From: an uncultured Pelagibacteraceae bacterium
GTDB lineage: Bacteria > Pseudomonadota > Alphaproteobacteria > Pelagibacterales > Pelagibacteraceae
Direction of reading: 5' to 3'
Assembly: GCA_902595105.1 (NCBI GenBank)
Contig: CACJPA010000001.1
Location: 13,719 to 77,718, forward strand
DNA length: 64,000 nt
Shown here: in pieces, positions 10,946 through 21,570 of the stretch
How positions within the stretch are numbered: the first letter of the stretch is position 1
How the letters are laid out: each line of letters opens with the position of its first letter
Notes under the pieces: model-generated
What the model saw: only the letters and a program-made list of their open reading frames with translations
Database searches by the model: none
Told to the model about the DNA's origin: nothing
Program-made: the position numbers and the translations under genes

Positions 10946-11592
10946 TTAAAACGATTAAAGCTTCAAAATCAGAAAAAATCTTGTTTATTTTTTTAATTGT
11001 TTTGGCTGTTTCTGCTTTTTCATCTTTTTTTTTATTAAAAAATAAATGTTTGTTTGTAGACAAGAATGATTTAAAAAAATTAAACTTTGAGAACCCAGAT
11101 AATATTGCTGTAATGAATCTAAATTGTGGGAATGTAATTATTGAGCTATACCCAAAAATATCTCCAAAAGCTGTTGAAAGATTTAAAACACTCATTAAAA
11201 AAAAAATGTATGATGGTTCAGCTTTCTATAAAGTTGTTAAAAATACATTAGTGCAAGCTGGTGATATTGAATTTGGTAACGTTGAGTATTTAGATTACTC
11301 AAAAATTGGAAGTGGAAAATCTGGATTGGGATTATTAAAATCAGAACTTAGTGATGATTTTAAATTTACTGAGGGAAGTATCGGTTTTGCAAGATCAACT
11401 GAATTTAACTCAGAGGATAGTGAGTTTTTTATAACTTTGAAAGAAATACCAATTTATCAAGGAGAATATACTCCAATTGGAAAAGTGAAGTATGGCCTAG
11501 ATATTATTAAGAAAATAAAAACAGGTAATAAAGCAATATATGTACTTAGACCTGATTATATAAACACTTTTAGAATGCTAGAGACTAATTAA
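10942..11592 (+). CDS. Cyclophilin-type peptidyl-prolyl isomerase-like protein, membrane anchored, degenerate active site
   Basis: GNVIIELYPKISPKAVERF, YDGSAF, VQAGD, FFITL, IGKVKYG; N-terminal TM. Confidence 0.8.
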   Translation: MIKTIKASKSEKILFIFLIVLAVSAFSSFFLLKNKCLFVDKNDLKKLNFENPDNIAVMNLNCGNVIIELYPKISPKAVERFKTLIKKKMYDGSAFYKVVKNTLVQAGDIEFGNVEYLDYSKIGSGKSGLGLLKSELSDDFKFTEGSIGFARSTEFNSEDSEFFITLKEIPIYQGEYTPIGKVKYGLDIIKKIKTGNKAIYVLRPDYINTFRMLETN

Positions 11593-13807
11593 CTAGAGGC
11601 TTTCCAGTTGAAAGAGTATGTTTAATTCTATCCTGAGTTTGTTTAGTTTCTATCAATCTCATAAAAGAATCTAACTCTAATTTGTAAAGATCATCTTCTG
11701 ATAAAGTTTTATCTAAATTTGTATCACCACCACTTAAAACATTTGCCAGTTCAGTTCCAACATGCATTCCATGGTCTAATATAATTTTTTCATTATATAA
11801 TTTCTCTAAAACTTTAATCATCTTCTCTTTTAAAGGTTTTCCAGATAGATTAAATTTACACTCTTCTGGAGGAAAAAAATCTTTGTTTTGAAATATAAGT
11901 TTTCTAGCCTCCTCAAAAAGACTGTTTCTATTCATGATTTTTTTATCTTCAGGTTTTAAATATTTCAAAGGTTCAGCTTCTACAGGTGAAGTTGCCGTTT
12001 TTGCGTATCCAATAATATCAAATACTTTTAAAGGAGCATAATCAGGATCAGATTTTGCTTCATCAGTTTGTGACCATCTCCATAACATCTCTTTACATCC
12101 TCCTCCAGCTGGCACTAATCCAACAATTGTCTCTACAAGACCAACGACAATATTTGTGTGTGATGCAACAAAATTACTTTGAACCAAAACTTCAAAACCA
12201 CCACCCAAAGTTAGACCAGAAGGTGCAGACACTACTGGGTAATTAGAGTATTTTAATGTTTTGCAAGTATCTTGGAAATATTTAATAAATTTTTCTATAG
12301 ACTTGAAATCACCCTTGTCTGCAAAATTCATCGTATAACTTAAATTCACACCTGCAGAAAATTGCATACTTTCATTCATAACAATAAGCGGTTTGTCGGT
12401 TGCATTTTTTAATGCATCCATCGAGTCGTAATCTAGTGCACAAGCTTTTGTTGTAAATTCAACAATATTAAAATCTTTAAAACGGTAAATTTCAGCAGAA
12501 TTGTTTTTATCTACTTTTATTGCTGCCGGTCTAATTTTTCCTAGTGTTTCAATATCAGTGTAAAGTTGTCTTTCTCCATAAAAGTTTTCATCTTTTGATT
12601 TAGATAAATTTTCTAAAAATTTATTGTTTTCAAAATTATCTATTCTTGAAAAAAAATTTTCTACCCCAATTGATTTTAACATTTCAAAAGGGCCCATTGC
12701 CCAATTAAAACCAAGTCTCATTGCTTCATCTATATCGTTGAACTTATCTGTAATTCCTGGAACTAGAGAAGACGCATATTTTATTATTTTAGAAATTACT
12801 TCCCAAGCATATTCACCATATTTATCTTTTCGATTAATTAAATTATTTATATTTACAGTCTCAACTCCTAAATCTATTTTTTTTGAGTTTGTATATTCAC
12901 CTGTTTCTAAATTAATAGCCTCTAATATTTTCTGGTTTCCAATTTTATTCATTCTGTAAAAACCACCTTTTCCTTTACGTCCAGTGTAACCTGTATCAAT
13001 CAATTTTTTTACTAATGGAATTTCTTTTGCAACAATTTGAAATTCGTCATTTTCAGAAAGCTCTTTAATAAAGCTTTTTAAAACATCAGCCATCAAATCA
13101 ATTCCAATTAGGTCATATAAGCCAAAAACACCTGTTTTGGGTATACCCATTGGTCTTCCAAACACTGCATCAGCTTCTTCAATAGATAATTTCATTCTAA
13201 ATGCTTCAGTCATTGCTACCTGCATTGCATAAACACCTATTCTATTTCCCAAAAAACCAGGTGTATCATTACAAACGATAGCACCTTTACCTAATTCAAT
13301 TTCACAAAATTTTTTAAGAGAATTGATTTTGTCTAAATCATTATTTTCATTTTTTACAATTTCAAGTAACCCCATGTATCTAACTGGATTAAAGAAATGA
13401 GTTATGCAGAAATCTTTTTTTTCTTCTTCATTTAATTTTTCTGATAAAACTTTTATTGGGATAGATGATGTGTTTGATGAAACAATAGCTCCCTGTTTTC
13501 TATTCTTAAATATTTTTTCATAAATATTGTGCTTTATATCAATTCTTTCAACAACAGCCTCAACAACCCAATCAGCTTCTTTTACTACATCAAAATTATC
13601 ATTAATGTTCCCAACTTTAATATTTTCAATTTTGGTTTTATCTAAAAGCAATGGAGGTCTTGATTTATGAATTCTATCTCTAGCTTTTTCAGATATTTCT
13701 GTTGTTAAATCTAAAAGAGTTACTGGCACATTGGCATTACATAGATGTGCTGCAATTCCACTGCCCATCGTACCAGATCCGATAACAACTACTTTTTTTA
13801 TATCCAT
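11585..13807 (-). CDS. 3-hydroxyacyl-CoA dehydrogenase / enoyl-CoA hydratase family (FadN-like)
   Basis: GSGTMGSG, VEAVVE, SSNTSS, HFFNP, PGFLGNR, C-terminal crotonase fold (LGGGFE, GLVE). Confidence 0.9.
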   Translation of the reverse strand: MDIKKVVVIGSGTMGSGIAAHLCNANVPVTLLDLTTEISEKARDRIHKSRPPLLLDKTKIENIKVGNINDNFDVVKEADWVVEAVVERIDIKHNIYEKIFKNRKQGAIVSSNTSSIPIKVLSEKLNEEEKKDFCITHFFNPVRYMGLLEIVKNENNDLDKINSLKKFCEIELGKGAIVCNDTPGFLGNRIGVYAMQVAMTEAFRMKLSIEEADAVFGRPMGIPKTGVFGLYDLIGIDLMADVLKSFIKELSENDEFQIVAKEIPLVKKLIDTGYTGRKGKGGFYRMNKIGNQKILEAINLETGEYTNSKKIDLGVETVNINNLINRKDKYGEYAWEVISKIIKYASSLVPGITDKFNDIDEAMRLGFNWAMGPFEMLKSIGVENFFSRIDNFENNKFLENLSKSKDENFYGERQLYTDIETLGKIRPAAIKVDKNNSAEIYRFKDFNIVEFTTKACALDYDSMDALKNATDKPLIVMNESMQFSAGVNLSYTMNFADKGDFKSIEKFIKYFQDTCKTLKYSNYPVVSAPSGLTLGGGFEVLVQSNFVASHTNIVVGLVETIVGLVPAGGGCKEMLWRWSQTDEAKSDPDYAPLKVFDIIGYAKTATSPVEAEPLKYLKPEDKKIMNRNSLFEEARKLIFQNKDFFPPEECKFNLSGKPLKEKMIKVLEKLYNEKIILDHGMHVGTELANVLSGGDTNLDKTLSEDDLYKLELDSFMRLIETKQTQDRIKHTLSTGKPLVN

Positions 13808-13912
13808 AATTAGTAAACTTTTATTGAATTAATCAAAAACTTGAAATAAGACAAATTTCCTGATTAATTAAAATGGTAAGCTATATAAATTAACATAATA
13901 TTAAAGAGAAAA

Positions 13913-15040
13913 ATGTACAATTCAGTAATAGCTGGTTACTCCAGATCACCTTTTGCAATGGCAAATAAAGGAAAATTAATAGATGTAAAACCAGTTAATC
14001 TGCTAGCTGAAGTAGTTAAAAACCTAGTTTCACAATCAAAAATTGATCCCAAAGACATTGAAGATGTTGTTATTGGATGTGCTTTTCAAGTTGGTGAACA
14101 GTGTTTTAATATTGGAAGATTAATAACCTTTTTGTCTGACTTAGACATTAGAGTACCAGGAATGACTGTGGATAGATGGTGTGGATCTTCTATGGAAGCA
14201 ATTCATATTGCTGCTGGAAAAATAGCAATCGGTTCGGGAAAGGCATTTATTTGTGGAGGAGTAGAAAGTATGACAAGAGTTAGAACTGGGTTTGATCCTT
14301 TGCCTTATCCTTATTCAGATGAAGAAAAACAAAATCCACATTTATATTTATCAATGGGAATCACTGCGGAAAATGTTGCAAAAAAATATAATATTTCAAG
14401 AACAGAGCAACAAGAGTTCTCATTAGAAAGTCATAGAAAAGCAAATGAAGCACAACAGAAAAATAAATTTGTAAGCGAAATTACAAAGATAGGTGATTTC
14501 AAAATAGATGAAAATATTAGACCAAATAGCACTATGGAAAAATTAGATAATTTAAAGCTGGTGTTTGATCAGAATGGAAGTGTAACAGCTGCTACTTCAT
14601 CTCCTCTAACTGATGGAGCTGCTGCAACTCTAATATGTGAAGAAAATTTTGCTAAAGAAAATGATTTAGAAATTCTTGGAAGAATAAAATCTACTGCTGT
14701 TGAAGGGTGTGATCCAAACTATATGGGATTAGGTCCAATTTCAGCTACCAAAAAAGCTTTGGAAAGAGCTAAACTTTCAATAAAAGACATTGATATTGTG
14801 GAGCTAAATGAAGCTTTCGCATCTCAATCACTAGCTTGTATCAAAGATTTAGAAATAGATATTAATAAAGTGAATTTAGACGGTGGTGCAATTGCTTTAG
14901 GACATCCTTTGGGCGCTACTGGTGCAAGGATAACAGGAAAAGCTTCACAACTTTTAAAAAGAGAAAATAAAAAATACGCTCTTGCTACTCAATGTATTGG
15001 TTTAGGAATGGGGATTGCAACAATAATAGAAGCTGTGTAA
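13913..15040 (+). CDS. Acetyl-CoA acyltransferase (thiolase)
   Basis: RWCGSS, NEAFASQ, GHPLGATG, CIGLGMG. Confidence 0.95.
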   Translation: MYNSVIAGYSRSPFAMANKGKLIDVKPVNLLAEVVKNLVSQSKIDPKDIEDVVIGCAFQVGEQCFNIGRLITFLSDLDIRVPGMTVDRWCGSSMEAIHIAAGKIAIGSGKAFICGGVESMTRVRTGFDPLPYPYSDEEKQNPHLYLSMGITAENVAKKYNISRTEQQEFSLESHRKANEAQQKNKFVSEITKIGDFKIDENIRPNSTMEKLDNLKLVFDQNGSVTAATSSPLTDGAAATLICEENFAKENDLEILGRIKSTAVEGCDPNYMGLGPISATKKALERAKLSIKDIDIVELNEAFASQSLACIKDLEIDINKVNLDGGAIALGHPLGATGARITGKASQLLKRENKKYALATQCIGLGMGIATIIEAV

Positions 15041-15042
15041 TT

Positions 15043-15897
15043 TTATCTATTAATTCCTCTTAATCTCTCAGATCTTCTTCTTAGGAGTTCAGCAGTAACC
15101 AAAATTAGTGTTGATAAAATAATTAAACAAGTTGCAACCGCTAGAATAGTTGGACTTAATTGCTCTCTTAATCCTGTCCACATCTGAACTGGTATAGTAG
15201 TATTATCTAACCCAGCTAAAAACAGTACAACCACAACTTCATCAAACGAAGTTACAAAAGCAAATAATCCTCCAGAAATAACTCCTGGCAATATTAGTGG
15301 AAGAGTAATTTTCATAAATGTATTAACTGGATTACTTCCCAAGCTTGCAGCTGCTCTAGTTACACTGTGATCAAACCCTGAAAGAGTAGCGGTAACGGTT
15401 ATCACTACAAAAGGAGTTCCTAAAATTATATGTGCAAATACAATACCAGTATGTGTTGCAGCCAAACCAACTTTTGCCATAAAAAAGAAGATTGCTACAC
15501 CAGATATAATTAATGGAACGATCATTGGTGAGATTAAGGTTGCCATAATAATTCCTTTATAAGGCATATGCCTGCTACTTAAACCTAATGCAGCTAAAGT
15601 TCCAAGGATGATTGAACCAATTGTTGCAAAAATAGCAATTATGAAACTATTTTTTGCAGCAAGACCCCAAGGATTTTTAGTTCCATAAATCATGTCTTTA
15701 TACCATCTTAGAGAAAATGCATCTGGATCAAGATTTTTCATTCCTTCAGAAAAAACTAAAAATTCCTCCGCATTAAAAGATAATGGAAAAATTACAAACA
15801 ATGGTGCAATTAAAAAGAAAAAAACAAATGTACAAATACTAATATAAATATAATGCCACACTCTATATCTTGTTTCTGTATAACTTGGTAAAGCCAT
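15043..15897 (-). CDS. potC: Polyamine/osmolyte ABC permease (PotC-like)
   Basis: AAASLGSN loop, TSFDEVVV, operon context. Confidence 0.85.
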   Translation of the reverse strand: MALPSYTETRYRVWHYIYISICTFVFFFLIAPLFVIFPLSFNAEEFLVFSEGMKNLDPDAFSLRWYKDMIYGTKNPWGLAAKNSFIIAIFATIGSIILGTLAALGLSSRHMPYKGIIMATLISPMIVPLIISGVAIFFFMAKVGLAATHTGIVFAHIILGTPFVVITVTATLSGFDHSVTRAAASLGSNPVNTFMKITLPLILPGVISGGLFAFVTSFDEVVVVLFLAGLDNTTIPVQMWTGLREQLSPTILAVATCLIILSTLILVTAELLRRRSERLRGINR

Positions 15898-15899
15898 AA

Positions 15900-17159
15900 T
15901 TATCCTAATTTAATATTATCTACTCCTACTAATTTGTTATAAATCCAATAAATAACCAATACTCCAGTCAACAACATTAATCCCATTGCAGAAGCAAAAC
16001 TCCAATCCAATGTTTGTTTCATATGAAATGCAATTTGATTACTTATTAATGTTCCTGATGCACCTCCAACTAATGCTGGTGTTATATAATATCCAATTGC
16101 AAGTATAAATACTAACAAGCAACCTGCACCAATACCAGGTATCGTTAATGGAAAATAAATTTTCCAAAATGCAACGAAAGGTGTGCCACCTAAAGATTTG
16201 CCTGCTCTCATTAAGCTTGGTGAAATTGTTTTCATAACACTGTAAAGCGGCAGAACCATAAAAGGTAATAAGATTTGTGTCATTGCAACATAGGTGCCAA
16301 CTTTATTATACATCATTTCAGGTCTATTATTATCTGCCACAAGTCCAATCATAACAAAAAAATCATTAACAAGTCCTTGCTGCTGTAATAAAATCATCCA
16401 ACTTGCTGTTCTAACTAATAATGAGGTCCAAAAAGGTAATAGCACGCATATCATAAGTAGGTTGCTGTATTTCATTGGAAGGGTTGCTAATAAATGTGCG
16501 ATTGGATAACCCATTAAGAAACAGAAAATAGTTACAAACAGTGCTATTTCTAATGTTCGTAGCCATAATATTCTATGTATTCTCCTATCTTCGCTAACCT
16601 GAGCTACATTACCATCTTCATCTAAATACATATCCATGCCTTTAAGATATTTATTTATGGTATAAGGAGGTGCTGTTCTTTTTATAGCCTGCCAATATTC
16701 TACTTTTGTAAAGTTTCTGTGAATTTTATTTATTTGTTCTTTAATACTAACAGTTTCATCAATTTGGTTTCTTTTAACTTTCCTAAATAATCTTTTTAAT
16801 ATTGAGTTAAATCCATTTTTTTCTTTATTTAATCTCTGACCTAATTTTCCATGCTCTTTTTTTTCTGCAAGTATTTTATAGTCTTCATAAAAACTTCTAT
16901 AAACTTCCTCTGGAGGTAGCTCTTTACCATCCCATTTTTCCATTGATGCAAAAGTTTTTGGAAGCATATTGGTGACCATTCGGTCATCAATACTTCTCGT
17001 AAACATTTCTCCTATTGGAAAAATATAAGTAATAAGTAAAAATAGTAGTAAAGGTGCAACAAGTAAAAAAGCTTTTATTTTATTTCTTTTTTCAGCCTTT
17101 TTTAAACTGACTTCTAGAGGAACTCCGTCAGTAGTTAATATTTTAGTTTCTGAGCTCAT
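15900..17159 (-). CDS. potB: Polyamine/osmolyte ABC permease (PotB-like) with large periplasmic insertion
   Basis: LLPFWTSLLVRT, LPFMVLPLYS, GYYITPALVGG. Confidence 0.85.
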   Translation of the reverse strand: MSSETKILTTDGVPLEVSLKKAEKRNKIKAFLLVAPLLLFLLITYIFPIGEMFTRSIDDRMVTNMLPKTFASMEKWDGKELPPEEVYRSFYEDYKILAEKKEHGKLGQRLNKEKNGFNSILKRLFRKVKRNQIDETVSIKEQINKIHRNFTKVEYWQAIKRTAPPYTINKYLKGMDMYLDEDGNVAQVSEDRRIHRILWLRTLEIALFVTIFCFLMGYPIAHLLATLPMKYSNLLMICVLLPFWTSLLVRTASWMILLQQQGLVNDFFVMIGLVADNNRPEMMYNKVGTYVAMTQILLPFMVLPLYSVMKTISPSLMRAGKSLGGTPFVAFWKIYFPLTIPGIGAGCLLVFILAIGYYITPALVGGASGTLISNQIAFHMKQTLDWSFASAMGLMLLTGVLVIYWIYNKLVGVDNIKLG

Positions 17160-17187
17160 AAAAAAAAGGGCGGTTATAAACCGCCCT
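17160..17187 (-). terminator. Intrinsic terminator/stabilising hairpin between potD and potB
   Basis: AGGGCGGTT-ATA-AACCGCCCT stem (17167-17187) followed by T-run on minus strand. Confidence 0.85.
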
Positions 17188-17222
17188 ATTTATATTATAT
17201 AATTTTAAAGGTTAAAAGTAGT

Positions 17223-18347
17223 TTAATTTAAACCAGCTTTCATTGCTTCCCATTTTTCACCAATCTCTGTTCCATAATCAGCCCAGAAGAATGGATCTAC
17301 TAAAAAATAACTTTTAGTATTAGCAGGAGCAGTTGGCATTTGAGGCATCATTTCAGTTTTACCATCTTTGTACCAAGGCTCACCAGCTTTGATTATTTCA
17401 AGAGAAGATTTTCTCCATGGAGCATATGCAATGTACTTCGCACTACCAGCTAACATTTCAGTGTTAGTCATCATAGCTAAAGCTTTTTTAGCATTTGCTT
17501 CATCTGGTCCACCTTTAACAAGTGCGAAATATTCGTAGTCAAGACCTTGACCATCCCATACTTGTTTTATTGGAGCACCTTCACCAATTTCAGCGTTGAA
17601 GAATCTTCCATTCCACCCTGTAGCCATTACAACTTCACCTGCAACTAATAGTTCAGGTGGTTGAGCACCAGCAGACCAGAATACACATCCTCCATTTGGA
17701 TCTTCACAAAGAGCTTTTACTTTATTCATTGCTCTGTCGATGTATCCATCTTTTTCTTCCATAAATCTGTAAAGTCTTTCACCACCTTTACCCATTTTAA
17801 CTCCGTCAGCAGCTAAAGCGATTTCAAGGTTAGTTAAAGCACTTTTGTAGATTGCTCTTTTTCCTGGAAACTTTTTAGTATCGAAAAAGTCTTTGATAGT
17901 TGATGGTTCTTTACCACTAAAAGCTCTTGTATCGAATGCATAGTTCCAAGAATACAAAATGTTTCCTACTGCACATTTACTAGGCATGCTTGTGAAAAAG
18001 TCTTCACTTGCAGGAGTTCCATCCGGTGCTGGTGGGAAGTCTTTGTCAAAATCAAATTCAACAAATAAACCTTCATCACATCCATTAATAGTATCAAATG
18101 CGAATAAGTCTATAATATCCCAAGTGATTGCACCTGCTTCTTTTTGTGCTTTAATTTCTGATAAACCACCAGAATAGTCAACCCAGTTGACTTCTATTCC
18201 AAGTGCTTTAGCAGTCGGATCACCATACCCTAACTTTTGAGACTCTGTATAAGCTCCACCCCAAGATGCAACAGTAACTGCAAATGCTGATGAAGTTATT
18301 GAAAGAGCAAAAGAAAGAGCTAGTAATAATTTACTTATTTTCTTCAT
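17223..18347 (-). CDS. potD: ABC substrate-binding protein, PotD/PotF family
   Basis: Signal peptide, SWGGAY, FPGKR, GWNGR; GGAGG SD upstream. Confidence 0.85.
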   Translation of the reverse strand: MKKISKLLLALSFALSITSSAFAVTVASWGGAYTESQKLGYGDPTAKALGIEVNWVDYSGGLSEIKAQKEAGAITWDIIDLFAFDTINGCDEGLFVEFDFDKDFPPAPDGTPASEDFFTSMPSKCAVGNILYSWNYAFDTRAFSGKEPSTIKDFFDTKKFPGKRAIYKSALTNLEIALAADGVKMGKGGERLYRFMEEKDGYIDRAMNKVKALCEDPNGGCVFWSAGAQPPELLVAGEVVMATGWNGRFFNAEIGEGAPIKQVWDGQGLDYEYFALVKGGPDEANAKKALAMMTNTEMLAGSAKYIAYAPWRKSSLEIIKAGEPWYKDGKTEMMPQMPTAPANTKSYFLVDPFFWADYGTEIGEKWEAMKAGLN

Positions 18348-18466
18348 TATTCCTCCGTTTAAACGTTAATATAAATTAATTTATATAAACAAAAGTACAA
18401 CAAATAGACAAACCGAAGTCAACAGCTCATTTTTACCTTAATATATATTATGTTTTAGATGAAATA

Positions 18467-19552
18467 TTACTTAGGATCTAATGCTCTAGCGTCTGTGCTG
18501 TTCCACCCAATATTTATATCCTGACTTACTTTTAACTCTAGGTTAGATGTGCTATTAGGAACTTTTAAAATAAAATCTGAACTTCCTAAAAGATTTAATC
18601 TAACTCTAGTATGATCTCCGTGATAAATCACTTCTTCAATCTTACCAGTAAACATATTGTCCATTTTATCATTTGGATTAATTAGAGCTCTTTCCGGTCT
18701 TAACGAAACAGTTGTTCTTTCTCCTTTAGACTTAACAGAAATTGGATTAGCTAATATTTCAGAGTTAGCTAATTTAACTTTACATTTGTCTTGCGCTATA
18801 TCAATTACCTCTCCATTAAATGTATTATTTTCACCTATAAATTCTGCAACAAAAGAATTTACTGGTTTCTCATAAAGTTCTGCGGGATCTGATAATTGTT
18901 GAACTTTTCCATCATTAAAAACTGCTATTCTATTAGACATTGTTAAAGCTTCACTTTGATCATGAGTTACATAAACAACTGTTACTCCGATACTTTCATG
19001 AATATGTTTAATTTCATATTGCATGCTTTCTCTTAAATTTTTATCTAATGCTCCTAGAGGCTCATCCATTAATACTACAGCAGGATCGAACACTAATGCT
19101 CTGGCAACTGCAACACGCTGTTGTTGTCCACCCGAAAGCTGTGCAGGCATTCTTGACTCAAACCCATTTAAAGATACCATCGATAAAGCTTTATCAACTT
19201 TTTTATCTATCTCATCTTTTTCAACTTTCCTTACTCTTAATGGAAAAGCTAAATTTTCGTATACAGTCATATGAGGAAATAGCGCGTAGTTTTGAAAAAC
19301 CATTCCAATTCCTCTTTTATGAGGAGGAATATTGGAAATTATATTCCCATCCAATAAAATTTCACCATTAGTTGGAGTTTCAAATCCAGCTAGCATCATT
19401 AAACAGGTTGTTTTACCTGAACCAGAAGGACCAAGCATTGTTATAAATTCACCTTCAGCAATATCTAATTGAAGATCCTTAACGACAAGAACTTTACCGT
19501 CATAACTTTTATCTACTTTATCAAATTTTACAAATTCTGGATTTTTAGACAT
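18467..19552 (-). CDS. potA: ABC ATPase PotA-like
   Basis: GPSGSGKT, LSGGQQQR, DEPLGALD, TOBE-type tail. Confidence 0.92.
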   Translation of the reverse strand: MSKNPEFVKFDKVDKSYDGKVLVVKDLQLDIAEGEFITMLGPSGSGKTTCLMMLAGFETPTNGEILLDGNIISNIPPHKRGIGMVFQNYALFPHMTVYENLAFPLRVRKVEKDEIDKKVDKALSMVSLNGFESRMPAQLSGGQQQRVAVARALVFDPAVVLMDEPLGALDKNLRESMQYEIKHIHESIGVTVVYVTHDQSEALTMSNRIAVFNDGKVQQLSDPAELYEKPVNSFVAEFIGENNTFNGEVIDIAQDKCKVKLANSEILANPISVKSKGERTTVSLRPERALINPNDKMDNMFTGKIEEVIYHGDHTRVRLNLLGSSDFILKVPNSTSNLELKVSQDINIGWNSTDARALDPK

Positions 19553-19597
19553 AAAATTGAATATAAAACATTTGTATAAATAGATTTCAATAGTTAA

Positions 19598-20767
19598 TTA
19601 GCTCTTTATATGAAGCTCTTTTGGAAAATTACAGAATAACTCCGATCCATTCTCAGTAACTCTAATAGCCTCAGATGCCTCAACGCCCCAGTCTCCAAAC
19701 TGCATTACTGCAATCATGTGAAAACAAACATTAGGTTCTAGAACTGTCATATCACCTTTGTATATATTAAGTGTATGTTCTCCCCAGTCAGGTGGATAAC
19801 CAATTCCAATTGAATAACCTGTTCTAGATTTTTTTTCTATTCCATATTTATCTAAAACTTTCCAAAATGATTGAGCAACGTCATCTGCTGTATTTCCAGG
19901 TTTGATTGCACTAATTCCAGCATTAAGTGCCTCGATGGTTTTATTCATTGTATCAATCTTAAGTTGATTAGGTTTTCCCAGCAGAACTGTTCTGGCCATT
20001 GGAGCATGATACCTCTTATAAACTCCAGATAATTCAATAATTGTAGCCTCTCCTTCGACAAATTTTTCTTGAGTTGCTGTTAAATGTGAAGCTGAGGTTC
20101 CTTTTCCTGTTGGTAGTAAAGTTGCTATACTAGAATACTCACCACCATATTCCTCTGTACCATAAAATAATGTTTTTTGAATTTCACCTACAGCATCACA
20201 TTGTCTAACACCTGGTTTAATTACTTCCATTGCAGTTTTCATTCCTTTTTCTGATATTTTTGCAGCAGATTTCATAAAACCAATCTCAGCATCAGATTTA
20301 ACCAATCTTGCCCAATTAACCAAACGATCACTATCCTTTATTTGTGCGTTTGGTAATCCCTGTTTAATTTTTTCATAACAGAAGGCGGTAAAATAATGGG
20401 CATCCATTTCAACCCCTATATTTAGTTTATCCCACTTACGCTCTTTAATGATTTCAACTAAATAATCATAAGGATGTTTTGGCCATGTATGAATGTAATT
20501 TTCATCGTAAACAATAATATTTTCGTTTTTTAAGTAAGTTGTTATATACGCACCCCCAGCATCCTGTGCTCTTACAAAACATAAAGGCTCATCAGCATTT
20601 ACATGAACAATAGCACATTGAGCATAATAGAAAGACCACGCATCATAGCCTGTTAAATAATTCATATTATTTGTATCATGTGAAATTAAAAGTTCGATGC
20701 CTTTTTCCTGCATCATTTTCTGAACTTTTTTTAACCTTTGTCTATATTCTTCTTTACTAAATGACAT
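19598..20767 (-). CDS. doeA: M24-family hydrolase, ectoine hydrolase EutD/DoeA-like
   Basis: FSKEEY..RL, LTGYDAWSFY, RYHAPMART, RTGYSIGIGYPPDWGE match DoeA/EutD style. Confidence 0.7.
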   Translation of the reverse strand: MSFSKEEYRQRLKKVQKMMQEKGIELLISHDTNNMNYLTGYDAWSFYYAQCAIVHVNADEPLCFVRAQDAGGAYITTYLKNENIIVYDENYIHTWPKHPYDYLVEIIKERKWDKLNIGVEMDAHYFTAFCYEKIKQGLPNAQIKDSDRLVNWARLVKSDAEIGFMKSAAKISEKGMKTAMEVIKPGVRQCDAVGEIQKTLFYGTEEYGGEYSSIATLLPTGKGTSASHLTATQEKFVEGEATIIELSGVYKRYHAPMARTVLLGKPNQLKIDTMNKTIEALNAGISAIKPGNTADDVAQSFWKVLDKYGIEKKSRTGYSIGIGYPPDWGEHTLNIYKGDMTVLEPNVCFHMIAVMQFGDWGVEASEAIRVTENGSELFCNFPKELHIKS

Positions 20768-21513
20768 TAATTTACTTGGAATAATTTTCCAAACCCTTCA
20801 ACTGAATTATTTTTTTTTATTTTTACAAGGGTATCCCAAATTAACGCCTGATTGCTAGATAAAACTGTCGTATTTAATTTTTTTTCTAATTTATCAATAA
20901 TTTCTAGAACTGGTAAAGCTGTGCATGAAACAAATAAAGCATCAGCTCCATTCAAATCTATTTTTGATAATACTTCATACAAATAATCTTGATCAACTTT
21001 TCCAATGTCATAATCATCTTGAATATCAAAATAAGAATTTGATGTAACTTCAAAACCTTCACTTTTAAAATAATCTAAAACATCGTCATTTAATTTTTTG
21101 CTATAAGGGGTAAATATTGAAACTTTCTTAATATTTAATTTCTTTAATGCTTTAATAGCAGCAGTGCTTGGTGTTGATACATCTGCCATTGGTTTAGCAA
21201 CTTTAACTTTTTCTTCAATTGAATTATGACCAGCAGCAATAGTTCCCGATGTGCATCCATAAACTACACAATCCAAGTCTTGATCAGGTAAAATATCTTT
21301 TGTAACGTCAGTGATTTTATTAGACATTTTAATCAAGTTTTCTTTCGTGAGAGGGTTGTAACACTCAATACGATTAACAAAGAAATCGATTTTCTTATTT
21401 TTAATCACATTTATAAAATCTTTTTCAATCATAAAATCACTAGCAAGAGCAATTAAACCAACTCTAGGGTTAGCTTGGCCGATAAACTTAGGATCTATTT
21501 TTGTTGAATTCAT
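20767..21513 (-). CDS. eutA: Asp/Glu racemase - maleate isomerase family, EutA-like
   Basis: RVGLIALASD, YGCTSG, TPY, FVSCTAL, SSNQA. Confidence 0.7.
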   Translation of the reverse strand: MNSTKIDPKFIGQANPRVGLIALASDFMIEKDFINVIKNKKIDFFVNRIECYNPLTKENLIKMSNKITDVTKDILPDQDLDCVVYGCTSGTIAAGHNSIEEKVKVAKPMADVSTPSTAAIKALKKLNIKKVSIFTPYSKKLNDDVLDYFKSEGFEVTSNSYFDIQDDYDIGKVDQDYLYEVLSKIDLNGADALFVSCTALPVLEIIDKLEKKLNTTVLSSNQALIWDTLVKIKKNNSVEGFGKLFQVN

Positions 21514-21570
21514 AAATTAAAAAGTGAATATATCATAAGTTCTTTAATAATCATTAATATTAAAATAGGC

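Noticed and set aside
18369-18386. Palindrome ATATAAATTAATTTATAT and single AAACGTTAA upstream of potD
   Set aside because: A/T-only palindromes and a single short match are expected by chance in such AT-rich DNA
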